Below are positions 40,460-51,479 of a stretch of DNA of 64,000 nt, one piece after another (position 1 is the first letter of the stretch; the number at the start of each line of letters is the position of its first letter). The notes under the pieces were generated by a model that did not search any database, was not told the DNA's origin, and saw nothing but the letters and a program-made list of their open reading frames with translations. The DNA is from Alphaproteobacteria bacterium (GTDB lineage: Bacteria; Pseudomonadota; Alphaproteobacteria; JAUXUR01): assembly GCA_030696155.1 (NCBI GenBank), contig JAUYSY010000029.1, positions 71,985-135,984 on the forward strand, read 5' to 3'. A program made the position numbers and the translations under genes.

Positions 40460-40580
40460 TAATTATTCATCCTACGCGTAAATTCGTCGTCAAGTCTGCG
40501 CTTCCAGTACTCATGTACTTAAGTACATTCCGTGCCGGTTCTCACCTTTCCTAGACTTTATCACATAATCTGAATAATTA
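40460..40580. repeat. Family P RPE-like element
   Basis: Perfect TIR taattattca/tgaataatta; reverse complement of the 14808 and 41500 core. Confidence 0.8.
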
Positions 40581-40718
40581 TCGGCTAAGTGTTTAGAAAA
40601 CATAATTAATAAAAAAGTGTACAAATGTCTTATCATTCCGTTCTTATTTGCATGTATCAAGTTTAATATACACGCACGAATAGAAGCGGTTACAGACTTT
40701 GTCTCATAAATCCAGTAA

Positions 40719-41486
40719 TTATGTCGATTTAAAATAGACGTCTCCTGCTGTTACTTTTATTGTTTCATTTTCTGTTTCGACGATGAGTGCGCCTTGCGTA
40801 TCCAAATCGCGAAAAATGCCTGTTAATTCTTTTTGCTCGAGCCGAATCTTGATGGGTTCATTTAGCCCTTTTGCGCGCTCTAGCCATAATTCTCTAATAT
40901 GCTGAAATCCATTTTTCAGCCAATATTCGTAAAAGAAAGATATCTTTTGTAAGATCCTATCTAACATTTTTTGTTTATCAGCATTTGCTGCTGAAACCCC
41001 ACGATCAATTAATGACGTTGCGGGCACTAAAGTCCCACTTTCTGGGAAATCCAAACAATTAAGGCCGATACCAATAATAATACCCTGTAGCTCGTTTTTT
41101 AAATTTGTATTGGCCTCAAGTAAAATGCCACACACCTTCAAATCATCAATTAATATATCGTTAGGCCATTTATACAACATTTTTGTCTTTTTGGGAAGTA
41201 TTTCTTGCAAAGCCTCACCAATGGCCAAACATATCACAAAAGAGAGCTCTGACGCTTTGGTAAGATTAACATTAGGCGTTACGCAAAGACTGAAATAAAG
41301 ATTGCCAATGGGTGATATCCATTGTCGTCCATAACGACCGCGACCGCCAGTTTGAAGATCCGATTGAACAATATATCCATGTGATTTTGTTGGATTATTT
41401 ACTAAATAATCGCGTACCACATTCATGGTGCTATCAATTTCATCATAATGGTGAATTGAAAATTCCATTATTGTGTAATTCTCCAC
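40719..41486 (-). CDS. birA: Biotin--[acetyl-CoA-carboxylase] ligase
   Basis: DSTM, QTGGRGRYGRQW, KWPND, KVCGILLE, GIGLN. Confidence 0.93.
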   Translation of the reverse strand: MENYTIMEFSIHHYDEIDSTMNVVRDYLVNNPTKSHGYIVQSDLQTGGRGRYGRQWISPIGNLYFSLCVTPNVNLTKASELSFVICLAIGEALQEILPKKTKMLYKWPNDILIDDLKVCGILLEANTNLKNELQGIIIGIGLNCLDFPESGTLVPATSLIDRGVSAANADKQKMLDRILQKISFFYEYWLKNGFQHIRELWLERAKGLNEPIKIRLEQKELTGIFRDLDTQGALIVETENETIKVTAGDVYFKST

Positions 41487-41499
41487 TTATTTGTTATTG

Positions 41500-41618
41500 A
41501 CTATCCAGATTATGTGACAAAGTCTAGAAAGGCAGAGAACCGGAACGGAATGTACCCCTTCGTACATGAGTACCGGAAACGCATGCCTGACGACGAATTT
41601 GTCCATAGGCTGGGTAGT
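41500..41618. repeat. Family P RPE-like element
   Basis: actatccag...ctgggtagt ends; closest relative of the nuoM-internal copy. Confidence 0.8.
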
Positions 41619-41623
41619 AAGCA

Positions 41624-43075
41624 TTATTGATAAACAACCAATGACGTCGCTGCCAGTCGCGCATAATGCGCTATAAAATCGGGTTTAATAAAAAAGCACA
41701 AGATAAAGACACCTGCCATAACCATAATGACTCTAAGCGTACGAGAGGACATAATGTCGAGGGATGACGTAACTTCATCAAAATACATCATTTTTATAAT
41801 ACGCAGATAATAGAATGCGGCAATAACTGATGTTACGACACCAATGATTGAAAGTGTATAAAGTTGTGCATCAATAGCGGCCATGAAGATGTATAGTTTC
41901 GCAAAAAAACCTGCCAAAGGAGGAATCCCTGCCATTGAAAACATGAAGACCGCCATTAAGAAGGCGGCGCCCGGATGAGATTTAGCGAGACCTTTTAAAT
42001 CAGCCCAATCATGAATAAGACGTCCTTGTCGTCTTAACGCTAAAACAACAGAAAATGTGCCAATGCCCATAATGACGTAAATGACAAGATAGACCAGAAC
42101 AGCCTCGATTCCTTTTTGACTGCCTGTTGCAAATCCCATTAATAAATAGCCTACATGACCTATGGAGGAATACGCTAAAAGTCTTTTGATTCCCTTTTGT
42201 TGGATAGCCCCAAAAGCACCGACCAACATAGATAAAATCGACAAAACAATAATAATTTGCTGCCATTGATGAACAAGATGGGCAAAAGGTCCTTGAATCA
42301 ATCTTAAGAAAATGGCGATGGCGGCAACTTTTGGTGCAATCGCAAAGAACGCCGTTACTGGTGTTGGCGATCCTTCATAGACATCAGGTGTCCACATATG
42401 AAAAGGAACAGCTGATACTTTGAATGAGAGGCCAACTAAAATCATGACAAGACCTAATGTGCCACCAATTGAAATCGTGGCACCTGTTTGTTTTATAATT
42501 TGATCAAGTTGTTCAAAATGAATGGATCCCGCATAGCCATAAATCAAGGAAGAACCGTAAAGCAAAAATCCTGAAGATAGAGCGCCAAGGACGAAATATT
42601 TAAGGCCCGCTTCGCTCGATCTTAATGCTTTTTTTCGGAAGGAGGCTAAAATATATAAACATAGGCTTTGAAGCTCGAGCCCCAAATAAAGTGCAATTAA
42701 ATTATTGGATGACACCATGACCATCATGCCAAGCGTCGCAAAAAGAATAAGTATTGAAAATTCAAAACGTTCTTCTTTTTCATTGCGCCAATAATTCATG
42801 GCCATTATGGTCGCAATCATTGATCCGAAAAGTATAAGAGGCTTTACAAATAATACAAAAGGATCAAGTGTAAAATGGTCTTTTAATATGTCGTTACTAT
42901 TTTTTGGTCCAAAAATTGTTAAAACAATTGCAATGGCAAATAAAGCGACGATGCATTGAGAAATAAGTCTTGATGCATTATTGCCTTTGAACGCACCTAC
43001 AATAAGTAAAACCATACCCGATATGGCGAGCAATAATTCCGGCAATAAGGGGCGTAAAATATTTACGATATTCAT
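41624..43075 (-). CDS. nuoN: NADH-quinone oxidoreductase subunit N
   Basis: [39 protein letters not shown]. Confidence 0.96.
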   Translation of the reverse strand: MNIVNILRPLLPELLLAISGMVLLIVGAFKGNNASRLISQCIVALFAIAIVLTIFGPKNSNDILKDHFTLDPFVLFVKPLILFGSMIATIMAMNYWRNEKEERFEFSILILFATLGMMVMVSSNNLIALYLGLELQSLCLYILASFRKKALRSSEAGLKYFVLGALSSGFLLYGSSLIYGYAGSIHFEQLDQIIKQTGATISIGGTLGLVMILVGLSFKVSAVPFHMWTPDVYEGSPTPVTAFFAIAPKVAAIAIFLRLIQGPFAHLVHQWQQIIIVLSILSMLVGAFGAIQQKGIKRLLAYSSIGHVGYLLMGFATGSQKGIEAVLVYLVIYVIMGIGTFSVVLALRRQGRLIHDWADLKGLAKSHPGAAFLMAVFMFSMAGIPPLAGFFAKLYIFMAAIDAQLYTLSIIGVVTSVIAAFYYLRIIKMMYFDEVTSSLDIMSSRTLRVIMVMAGVFILCFFIKPDFIAHYARLAATSLVVYQ

Positions 43076-44820
43076 CGAATGCTCACTTTTTCTTTACTAT
43101 CCACATTATGGACAAATTCGTCGTCAAGCCTGTCAGAATTTATAAACTGGCCGGCATTCATGTACCCAAAGTACATTCCATTCCGGTTCTTGGCTTTTCT
43201 AGACTTTGCCTCATACTCTGGATAGTAATCGTTCTGAAAATCTATTGTATGTTTCGTATTATCGAAAGCCAAATTTGTTTGGTCAGGCGTTTTTAATCCT
43301 AAAACTTCCGCAACTGATTTTGTTGGGAAATGTTCTTTTGATTTGTGAAAATTCTTTATTAATTCACTCACCGTTGGATCGACCATATGCGTGAAATTTT
43401 TAGGATATATGCCCATCCAAAATACAATCAGTATTAATGGCACAAATATGCCTATTTCACGTGGACTTAAATCAAGAATAGATTTTAAATGATCCTGTTG
43501 AAGTGGTCCAAAAATAACCCGTCTATACAGATATAAAGCGTAAGTAGCGCCCAAAATAAGACCGGTGGTCGCAAATAAGGCGACCAAATTATTAACTTGG
43601 AACGATCCTAAAAGTACTAAAAACTCACCTACAAAACCGCTTGTGCCTGGCAAACCAATAGATGCAAGTGTGAAAATCATAAAGGCAATTGCGTAAAGCG
43701 GCATGCGTTCGACAAGACCGCCATAATACGAAATTTGGCGGGAATGCATGCGATCATAAACAACACCTACACATAAGAAAAGTGCTGCTGATACAATACC
43801 ATGGCTTAACATTTGGAAGATCGCACCTTGAACACCTTGTTGGGTGAGGGTGAAAATGCCTAATGTCACAAAACCCATATGGGCGACAGAAGAATAAGCG
43901 ATTAATTTCTTCATATCCTCTTGCGCAAGCGCAACAAGCGACGTGTAAATAATCGCGATAATACTAAGCGTATAGACAAAAGGCGTAAACACTTCGGTTG
44001 CATAAGGAAATAAGGGTAATGAAAATCTTAAAAATCCATAAGCACCCATTTTCAGCAAAACACCTGCTAAAATAACGGAGCCAGCCGTTGGCGCTTCGAC
44101 GTGCGCATCTGGAAGCCATGTGTGGACGGGCCACATTGGCACTTTGACCGCAAAAGACGCAAAAAAGGCAAGCCACAAATAAATCTGTAGATCATAAGGG
44201 AATGATTTTGTTAAAAGTTCTGGGATCGATGTCGTCCCCATTTGAACATAGATGGCAATGATCGCCAATAACATTAAAACAGAGCCTAAAAGCGTATAAA
44301 GGAAAAATTTAAAAGCTGCATAAACACGTCGTTGACCACCCCAAACGCCAATAATGATAAACATGGGGATTAAGACGGCCTCAAAGAAAAGATAGAATAA
44401 CACCAAATCAAGCGCTGCAAACATGCCGACCATCATGATTTCAAGTAATAAAAAACAAATCATATATTCGCGTATATAGGTTTTAATTGTTCGCCATGAC
44501 GCAATAATACAAACAGGAATAAGAAAGGTAGAAAGAAGTACAAAGAAAAGTGAAATACCATCAATACCGACAGCATATTTGATGCCTAAAGAAGGTAACC
44601 AATCTACAACATGGTAAAATTGGAATCCTTTGTGCGCAACATCAAATCCGCCCCACAAAAATAGCGACAATACAAAGGTTGTTACAGATGTCCATAAAGC
44701 GACATTTTTAATATTATGCTCAAAACGAGGGATTTGTTTAGGGACAAGAAGAATAAAGATGACACCGATGAGTGGCAAAAAAATAATTGTTGTCAACAAA
44801 ATTGGCAATTGCCCAAACAC
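43072..44820 (-). CDS. nuoM: NADH-quinone oxidoreductase subunit M with a C-terminal in-frame RPE insertion
   Basis: [37 protein letters not shown]; extended tail. Confidence 0.96.
   Translation of the reverse strand: MFGQLPILLTTIIFLPLIGVIFILLVPKQIPRFEHNIKNVALWTSVTTFVLSLFLWGGFDVAHKGFQFYHVVDWLPSLGIKYAVGIDGISLFFVLLSTFLIPVCIIASWRTIKTYIREYMICFLLLEIMMVGMFAALDLVLFYLFFEAVLIPMFIIIGVWGGQRRVYAAFKFFLYTLLGSVLMLLAIIAIYVQMGTTSIPELLTKSFPYDLQIYLWLAFFASFAVKVPMWPVHTWLPDAHVEAPTAGSVILAGVLLKMGAYGFLRFSLPLFPYATEVFTPFVYTLSIIAIIYTSLVALAQEDMKKLIAYSSVAHMGFVTLGIFTLTQQGVQGAIFQMLSHGIVSAALFLCVGVVYDRMHSRQISYYGGLVERMPLYAIAFMIFTLASIGLPGTSGFVGEFLVLLGSFQVNNLVALFATTGLILGATYALYLYRRVIFGPLQQDHLKSILDLSPREIGIFVPLILIVFWMGIYPKNFTHMVDPTVSELIKNFHKSKEHFPTKSVAEVLGLKTPDQTNLAFDNTKHTIDFQNDYYPEYEAKSRKAKNRNGMYFGYMNAGQFINSDRLDDEFVHNVDSKEKVSIR
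43094..43228. repeat. Family P RPE-like element inside nuoM (135 bp, 45 codons)
   Basis: Perfect TIR ttactatcca/tggatagtaa; frame-preserving. Confidence 0.85.
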
Positions 44821-44833
44821 AAGAAATTCCTCT

Positions 44834-46747
44834 CTACATCAAAAACTTATAAATCATCCACGTCATTAATGCAAAAACGCCAAGCAGCATAACAAAAGCA
44901 TAATGATAGAGATAACCTGTTTGGAAACGACTAATGCGCAAAGAAGCATTCATGGTTAATTTTGAAATACCATCTGGTCCTAATCCATCAATAATAAAAC
45001 CATCGCCTGCTTTCCAAAAAATACGACCAATGATAAAGGATGGACGGACGAACATCAGATCATATAATTCATCAACATAATATTTATTATAGGATAATTG
45101 GTATAAAGCTTTAAATTTCCGTGCCATGATGCCGGGCAAAGTCGGTTTGAGTAAATAAAATATATAGGCCAACCCAATACCCACAAGCACGACGACAAGG
45201 GTTAGATGCTCGATAACGAAGGGCACGTGCGGATGTCCACTATGATTTGTTACAATTGATTTACCCCAAAAAGCAGCGCCCGATGTAAAATAATCAATAC
45301 CTAAGATACCTGCAAAAATAGCACCAATGGCGAGCAATATAAGTGGCATAATCATGACAAAAGGCGATTCATGAACATGTGCCATCACGCGTTCATGCGC
45401 GCGTGGCTTTCCATGGAAGGTTAAGAAAATAAGACGCCATGAATAAAATGCCGTTAATAAAGCAGTTAAAATGCCTATTGCATAAGCGAAATAACCAAGC
45501 ATATGACCATGTGCACCTGACGCAAAAGCGGATTCCAAAATAAGGTCTTTGGAATAATAACCTGCAAAAATAGGGATCCCTGCGAGCGCTAAACTGCCGA
45601 TCCACATCAAGACATAAGTCGTTGGAATTAAACGCCAAATACCACCCATTTGCCGCATGTCTTGCTCGCCCGACATGGCATGAATAACCGATCCTGCGCC
45701 TAAGAAAAGGAGTGCTTTAAAGAAAGCATGCGTCGCTAGATGGAAAATGGAGGCGTCATAAGCTGAAAGACCAGCTGCAAAAAACATATAGCCCAATTGG
45801 CTGCAGGTTGAATACGCAATAACACGCTTAATATCGTTTTGCGTCAAGGCAATGGTTGCTGCAAATAAGGCCGTGAGTCCACCGATAATCGTTACAAAAG
45901 CAAGCGTATCTGGCGCAAGTTCGAAAAGCGGCGACATGCGCGCCACCATAAAGACACCAGCTGTTACCATAGTCGCTGCGTGAATAAGCGCTGAAACAGG
46001 TGTTGGCCCTTCCATCGCATCAGGCAACCATGTATGAAGACCTAATTGAGCTGATTTACCCATAGCGCCAATAAACAGAAGGAACGTAATCAAGGTCATG
46101 GCATGAAAATCATGGCCTAAAAAATGAATAATTTTATCTTTGTGGCTTGCTGCATCCCTGAATATATCGTCGAATGAAACAGATCCAAAAATATAAAAAC
46201 ACGCAAAAATACCAAGCGCAAAACCAAAATCGCCTACACGATTGACCAAAAAAGCTTTAATGGAGGCTGCATTGGCGGTTGCTTTTTTATACCAAAAACC
46301 AATGAGCAGATAAGAAGCAAGACCAACGCCTTCCCAACCAAAGAATAATTGAAGCAAATTATTGGCAGTCACCAACATTAACATAAAAAAAGTAAAAAGG
46401 CTGAGATACGCCATAAACCGAGGGATCGACTTATCATGGCTCATATAGCCAATGGAATAAATATGGACAAGAGTTGATACAAAAGTGACGACAATCATCA
46501 TTACACAACTTAATGTGTCGAGCCTTAACGCCCACGAAACAGAAAATGTGCCTGTTTCAATCCAAGTAAAAAGAGGGATGATTGTTTCAATGCCTGAATT
46601 GCCTAAAAACAAAAAAACAGAAAGAATGGCAGAAAGGATCATCGGGATGCAGGTGGCATATTGCGCCCCTTTATCGCCTAATTGACGTCCAAATAATCCT
46701 GCAATAAGAAAACCTAGGAAAGGTAGAAAAACGCATAAAATGGCCAT
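44834..46747 (-). CDS. nuoL: NADH-quinone oxidoreductase subunit L
   Basis: [48 protein letters not shown]. Confidence 0.97.
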   Translation of the reverse strand: MAILCVFLPFLGFLIAGLFGRQLGDKGAQYATCIPMILSAILSVFLFLGNSGIETIIPLFTWIETGTFSVSWALRLDTLSCVMMIVVTFVSTLVHIYSIGYMSHDKSIPRFMAYLSLFTFFMLMLVTANNLLQLFFGWEGVGLASYLLIGFWYKKATANAASIKAFLVNRVGDFGFALGIFACFYIFGSVSFDDIFRDAASHKDKIIHFLGHDFHAMTLITFLLFIGAMGKSAQLGLHTWLPDAMEGPTPVSALIHAATMVTAGVFMVARMSPLFELAPDTLAFVTIIGGLTALFAATIALTQNDIKRVIAYSTCSQLGYMFFAAGLSAYDASIFHLATHAFFKALLFLGAGSVIHAMSGEQDMRQMGGIWRLIPTTYVLMWIGSLALAGIPIFAGYYSKDLILESAFASGAHGHMLGYFAYAIGILTALLTAFYSWRLIFLTFHGKPRAHERVMAHVHESPFVMIMPLILLAIGAIFAGILGIDYFTSGAAFWGKSIVTNHSGHPHVPFVIEHLTLVVVLVGIGLAYIFYLLKPTLPGIMARKFKALYQLSYNKYYVDELYDLMFVRPSFIIGRIFWKAGDGFIIDGLGPDGISKLTMNASLRISRFQTGYLYHYAFVMLLGVFALMTWMIYKFLM

Positions 46748-46757
46748 TCAGTTTTCC

Positions 46758-47066
46758 TTAACCTTTCATCATATTGACGTCTTCAACAGCGATAGAGCCG
46801 CGATTTCTAAAATAAATCACGAGAATTGCAAGACCGATAGCAGCTTCAGCCGCAGCAACAGTTAGTATAAACATCACAAAGACTTGGCCAACTAAATCTT
46901 GTAAGAAATGCGAAAAAGCGACCAGATTGATATTGACTGAAAGTAGAATAAGTTCGATGGATAAAAGGATGGTAATGACATTTTTACGATTTAAAAAAAT
47001 CCCAAAAACCCCCAATGAAAATAAGATGGATGAAATCACAAGGTAATGATTTATGCCAATGCTCAT
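46758..47066 (-). CDS. nuoK: NADH-quinone oxidoreductase subunit K
   Basis: [24 protein letters not shown]. Confidence 0.97.
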   Translation of the reverse strand: MSIGINHYLVISSILFSLGVFGIFLNRKNVITILLSIELILLSVNINLVAFSHFLQDLVGQVFVMFILTVAAAEAAIGLAILVIYFRNRGSIAVEDVNMMKG

Positions 47067-47689
47067 AGATTAATTCCTTCTCCCGTTGCAACTTTCTTAA
47101 TTTCAAGAACGTCTTCACGCGTTCTACTCACTTGGTTGGAAATATTTTGGCGTTTAACACCAACACGTTCCCTCATTGTCAATACAATAGCGCCAATCAT
47201 CGCAACCAGCAAGATAAGACCTGCAACTTCAAACAGATAAAAATAATCTGTGTATAGAATCAGCCCCAACGCTTTCGTATTGCTTGTTTGTGCTAAGTCA
47301 GGCATGGGCGATGCTTTTAAAGGTGTTTCTAAAAATTCGGGATTTGTCATCCACGACACCATTACAAAAATAAGCTCCGCCATCACAATAAGGCCAATGG
47401 CGCCACCAATGGGTAAATATTTTAAAAAGCCTTGCTTTGCTTCAGTTACCGTAACATCAAGCATCATGACAACAAAAAGGAATAAAACGGCAACCGCACC
47501 CACATAAACAATCATTAAAATCATGGCTAAAAATTCAGCACCACAGAGCATAAAAAGGCCCGCCGCATTAAAAAAAGCGAGGATCAAATAAAGAACAGAA
47601 TGAACTGGATTGCGCGATGAAATAACCATGACAGCTGCAAAAATCATTAAACTTGCAAAAAGATAAAAGGCAATATCGGCAAGAATCAT
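47063..47689 (-). CDS. nuoJ: NADH-quinone oxidoreductase subunit J
   Basis: [38 protein letters not shown]. Confidence 0.97.
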   Translation of the reverse strand: MILADIAFYLFASLMIFAAVMVISSRNPVHSVLYLILAFFNAAGLFMLCGAEFLAMILMIVYVGAVAVLFLFVVMMLDVTVTEAKQGFLKYLPIGGAIGLIVMAELIFVMVSWMTNPEFLETPLKASPMPDLAQTSNTKALGLILYTDYFYLFEVAGLILLVAMIGAIVLTMRERVGVKRQNISNQVSRTREDVLEIKKVATGEGINL

Positions 47690-47787
47690 TTTTCTGTCCT
47701 AAGCGTTACGAAAAAGTGTAGTGGTTACGAACTACCTCGACAATTTTATGCCTCATGTCTTATGTTGTCCAATATTTTATCACGTGT

Positions 47788-47837
47788 GACAAAAGATGTG
47801 TCTGAAATGGGGGATCTTGGTCACAGGTGGGTGTTTT
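47788..47837 (+). repeat. 50-bp direct repeat, copy 1
   Basis: 49/50 identical to 49422-49471. Confidence 0.9.
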
Positions 47838-47982
47838 GAGAAGGCTTAGGAAGAACTAATTGAGATTATAGTTTTTTGTAAGTTCTTGGTAGTAAAAGTT
47901 GGACTGATATTAAGGCTCTAGGAGCTGTTCAGAGATTGAAAGCTCCTGATTTTAGGTTAATGGATAAAAATAGTTCAATGCA

Positions 47983-49131
47983 TTATTTTATATAAAGATC
48001 TTTTATGTTGCAGAAAGGTAAGCCTGTTTTTAGTGATGCTATACCCTCATCACCGATTTGCCCGTGCGAGATTTCAAGATATGTAAGATTTTGCATTTTA
48101 GCAATTTGAATAGCGCCTTCATTAGCGATAAGGTTGTGATTTATAAAAAGACGTTGTAAATGTCGCAATTGAGCAATGTGTGTAGCAACTTCGTTATCAA
48201 TGCGGTTAAAAGCAATAGCAAGAGAACGAAGTTTTTTAAAATTATTTAATTCTTTGATAATATTTATTTTTTCAGCAATAGGCATAGAATACAACGCACC
48301 ATTTAAGTATATAGTCTTAACATTAGGAAATTTTTGAGAAAGCAAGATGATTTCTTCTGGTGTTGGTGCAACTGAAAATATAATTTTATATACATCAAGT
48401 CTATATTCTAATTCTTGCTGTTGCTTTTGTAAAAATTCGCGCATCCAACTATCTAAACAAAAAAACGGGTTTTCAAATGAATCTGTATTTATTATCCTGA
48501 TATGCTGAAGATTTAGAGAGTTAGCCATAGAGATAATGTCATCTGTTGTTTCAAGATTCTGGAGATTTTTAAAATGAGTTAGATTTTTGATAATGTCGGT
48601 ATAATTACACTCGTTATTATCCATATCGTTAAGCTTTAGCACATAAGATAAATCTATGTTTTCAACATTAGGAAATTTTTGAGAAAGTAAGATCATTTCG
48701 TCAGGTGTTGGTCTAATCATAAATTTTAGTGATTTTATATTATACAAAGGCACTAATTCATGATCGGGATCAATTAAAAATTGACGTGTTGCACTATCAA
48801 AATAAGCCGTGCTTTTTTCATTTAAATTGAATATCCCACTCAGTCTATTGCTTAAATCAATTTCTCCTTTGTCATTTGCATCAGCAGGAATCAGTGGCGT
48901 TACAGTGTGCAAGGCCATAAGTTGTTCATTTTTTGGTAAAAATGAGACAATATGTTTGCATAATTCTCCTGAGATTAGAAAGCCTTCAATAGGCACAAGA
49001 CTTGGTGCCGAGACATAATCATTTTGACTTGACGAAGTCGTACAGGTGCTTTCATCGGCAATGTCATTACCATTTGCAAAAGCATGAATTGTTGGTGTTA
49101 ACAATAAAAATAGAACGTTCAGTGTTTTTTT
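47983..49131 (-). CDS. Secreted LRR protein with an F-box-like segment
   Basis: Signal peptide MKKTLNVLFLLLTPTIHAFA; GELCKHIVSFLP; duplicated PTP.E.ILLSQKFPNV; RI-type LRRs (NxIxxEG). Confidence 0.7.
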   Translation of the reverse strand, partial: KKTLNVLFLLLTPTIHAFANGNDIADESTCTTSSSQNDYVSAPSLVPIEGFLISGELCKHIVSFLPKNEQLMALHTVTPLIPADANDKGEIDLSNRLSGIFNLNEKSTAYFDSATRQFLIDPDHELVPLYNIKSLKFMIRPTPDEMILLSQKFPNVENIDLSYVLKLNDMDNNECNYTDIIKNLTHFKNLQNLETTDDIISMANSLNLQHIRIINTDSFENPFFCLDSWMREFLQKQQQELEYRLDVYKIIFSVAPTPEEIILLSQKFPNVKTIYLNGALYSMPIAEKINIIKELNNFKKLRSLAIAFNRIDNEVATHIAQLRHLQRLFINHNLIANEGAIQIAKMQNLTYLEISHGQIGDEGIASLKTGLPFCNIKDLYIK

Positions 49132-49421
49132 CATTTCGAATTCTTTCAATTAAATTAAAACTTACAAAAAAATCTGTAGCATATTTTTTAAAATACTACA
49201 ATAAATAAATAATAAAAAAGTTATTTATTAATATTTTTTTGTATAAAAGTATGAATATTCAAATAAATTTAATTCATTTGATGACCAAATTTTAAAAGTT
49301 GCACAAAAATTTGAAAATCTTAGCTTTTGTATGTACATTGAATAAAACTTTTTTGCATTAAATTTATTTTATACGACAGATTTAAATAATTTTTAAGCTT
49401 GTTCAATATGTTGTCATATTA

Positions 49422-49471
49422 GACAAAAGATGTGCCTGAAATGGGGGATCTTGGTCACAGGTGGGTGTTTT
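49422..49471 (+). repeat. 50-bp direct repeat, copy 2
   Basis: 49/50 identical to 47788-47837. Confidence 0.9.
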
Positions 49472-49561
49472 TTGTGGTTTGTAAAAAAATGTTGAAAAAG
49501 TAGTAATGATTATGGTATATTTGATAATTAAAATATTATTTATTAATTGGGATGTAATTAT

Positions 49562-50416
49562 ATGAAGATATACGCCAAACTATTTATTGCTTTGATGCTT
49601 TCTGTTTTTATTGCAACATCATCAAATGCTACATATACACAAGAGCAAGTTGATGAAATTGTGAGTATAAAAGCAAAAGAAACATTTGACTTAATTAATT
49701 TAAATTGGAGCTACTTACAAAATCTGAATGATTTAAATGCAGAATCTGCATTTTGGACCCCCACATTAGCAAAACCATCAATAAATTCCGCAATTTATCC
49801 AACACTAAAATTAAATGACACACAATGTGATATAATCGAAGCATTTCGTGATTTACCAACAAAACCAGCACATTTAGAATGTACGATTGTTGTAAAACTT
49901 GTTAAGAATCTATGCCTTTTAGAATTATTAGGTGAAGACAAATTCAATGAATGGTTGCAGATTTTACCTAAAACAACTGGGCGTCATCCTTCTGACCCTT
50001 TATTCTTTCATGTGATACCTGATCGTTTTTTTAGTGTTAAAAATGAAGGTTCTGGTTTTTACTATGTAGCAAACCACTCAGGTTATACAACAATGAAACC
50101 AAAAGGGATTGGCTGCGGATATAATGGTTTTCTCTTTCAAGATCAACAATTCATTTCTTTTGATCCGGTTCATTTCAAAGAAACAAAATCTATAGAAGAA
50201 ACGCAACATATTCTTTTTGAGGATATAATGTCTGATGAAAATGTTGAAAAAATTAATCTACATCAAGCACTTAAAACTCAATATGTGGGTGAGGATGGCT
50301 TTGCTAATTTTCGTCTAAATTGTTTAGAGACAAAACAACAATCACAGCCAATTTGGAAATTTAGCGCAGATAAAATAAATGCTTTTATGGATAGTGGTAT
50401 TATTCCAAAAAATTGA
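49562..50416 (+). CDS. Secreted Tgl-like (transglutaminase/papain-fold) protein, paralog 1
   Basis: Signal peptide; EAFRD..HLECT..LLGEDKFN resembles Bacillus Tgl AIRD..FECAT..IGEDKFN (from recall). Confidence 0.6.
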   Translation: MKIYAKLFIALMLSVFIATSSNATYTQEQVDEIVSIKAKETFDLINLNWSYLQNLNDLNAESAFWTPTLAKPSINSAIYPTLKLNDTQCDIIEAFRDLPTKPAHLECTIVVKLVKNLCLLELLGEDKFNEWLQILPKTTGRHPSDPLFFHVIPDRFFSVKNEGSGFYYVANHSGYTTMKPKGIGCGYNGFLFQDQQFISFDPVHFKETKSIEETQHILFEDIMSDENVEKINLHQALKTQYVGEDGFANFRLNCLETKQQSQPIWKFSADKINAFMDSGIIPKN

Positions 50417-50471
50417 TAATTTTTATACAATTAATTAAAATTATACTACAACATCAAAAGGAATTAATATT

Positions 50472-51326
50472 ATGAAAAACTACGTTAAATTGTTTTGTGC
50501 ATCAATATTTGCATTTTTTTTCACAGTAACAATAATAAATGCAACGCTCAATCAACATAAAGCAGATGAAATTGTTAGCCAAAAAGTCAAAGAACTATTT
50601 TGTTTGATTAATAAAAATTGGACATATGCTGAATATGACAATGAATGTTATACTGAATCAGAATATTGGAAACCTATCATTGTTGATGGCCCTGATTTTA
50701 AATATGTAACTTTAAAATTGATTAACCATAGATGTAATGTTATTGAAGCGCTTCGCGATTTACCAACTAAAAAAGCACGTTTAGAATGCGCGACAGTCTT
50801 TAGCCTTGTAAAATCTTTGTGTCTTTTAGAATTAATGGGAGAGAATAATTTTAACATATGGTTAAAAGATTTAAGTAAATATCAATATAAGCCTTCTGAA
50901 GATGGTTTTTTTAATTCAATACAAGGTGTTTTTTATGCTGAAAAACAAGCTGAAGAAAGCGGTTTCTATTATATACATAATCATCCTTCTTACAATAAAC
51001 TGAAACCTTCTGGTAATGCTGCTGGATATAATGGATTTCTTTTTCCTGATCAAACTTTTATCACTTTTGATCCCCACCATTTTATAGAACCTAAATCTAT
51101 AGAAGATACCCAACGCATTCTTTTTAATGATTTATTATCTGATGAACATGTATACAATCATGATCTGCATACCATATTTAAAATTCAATATGGTAGTGAT
51201 AATGGCTTTAATAAAATCCTAGAAACTTGCTTGGCCAAAAAACAAGCATCAGAGAAACCTTTTAATTTTGATGCAAATAGAATAAATAGATATCTTAAAA
51301 AAGGTATTACTGTCCTATTTGAATAG
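50472..51326 (+). CDS. Secreted Tgl-like protein, paralog 2
   Basis: Signal peptide; EALRD..RLECAT..LMGENNFN; colinear with paralog 1. Confidence 0.6.
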   Translation: MKNYVKLFCASIFAFFFTVTIINATLNQHKADEIVSQKVKELFCLINKNWTYAEYDNECYTESEYWKPIIVDGPDFKYVTLKLINHRCNVIEALRDLPTKKARLECATVFSLVKSLCLLELMGENNFNIWLKDLSKYQYKPSEDGFFNSIQGVFYAEKQAEESGFYYIHNHPSYNKLKPSGNAAGYNGFLFPDQTFITFDPHHFIEPKSIEDTQRILFNDLLSDEHVYNHDLHTIFKIQYGSDNGFNKILETCLAKKQASEKPFNFDANRINRYLKKGITVLFE

Positions 51327-51372
51327 AAAACTAATTAAAGTTTCAATAAATCCATCCATTTACCTCCTTCAC

Positions 51373-51408
51373 AATAGATCCCGCGGGTTTTGCCGCGGGA
51401 AGTAGGAG
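51373..51408. repeat. Family R half element
   Basis: tagatcccgcgggttttgccgcgggaagtaggag single hairpin. Confidence 0.65.
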
Positions 51409-51479
51409 AGTTTTGTATTGTTTTTTGCAACAGCATCAAATGCCACTTTAACTCAAGAATAAGTAAATAATATTATTAA

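Noticed and set aside
40422-40718. coaX pseudogene between birA and rnj
   Set aside because: The gap holds a family P repeat and AT-rich DNA with no pantothenate-kinase remnant; direct birA-rnj adjacency also occurs in other alphaproteobacteria
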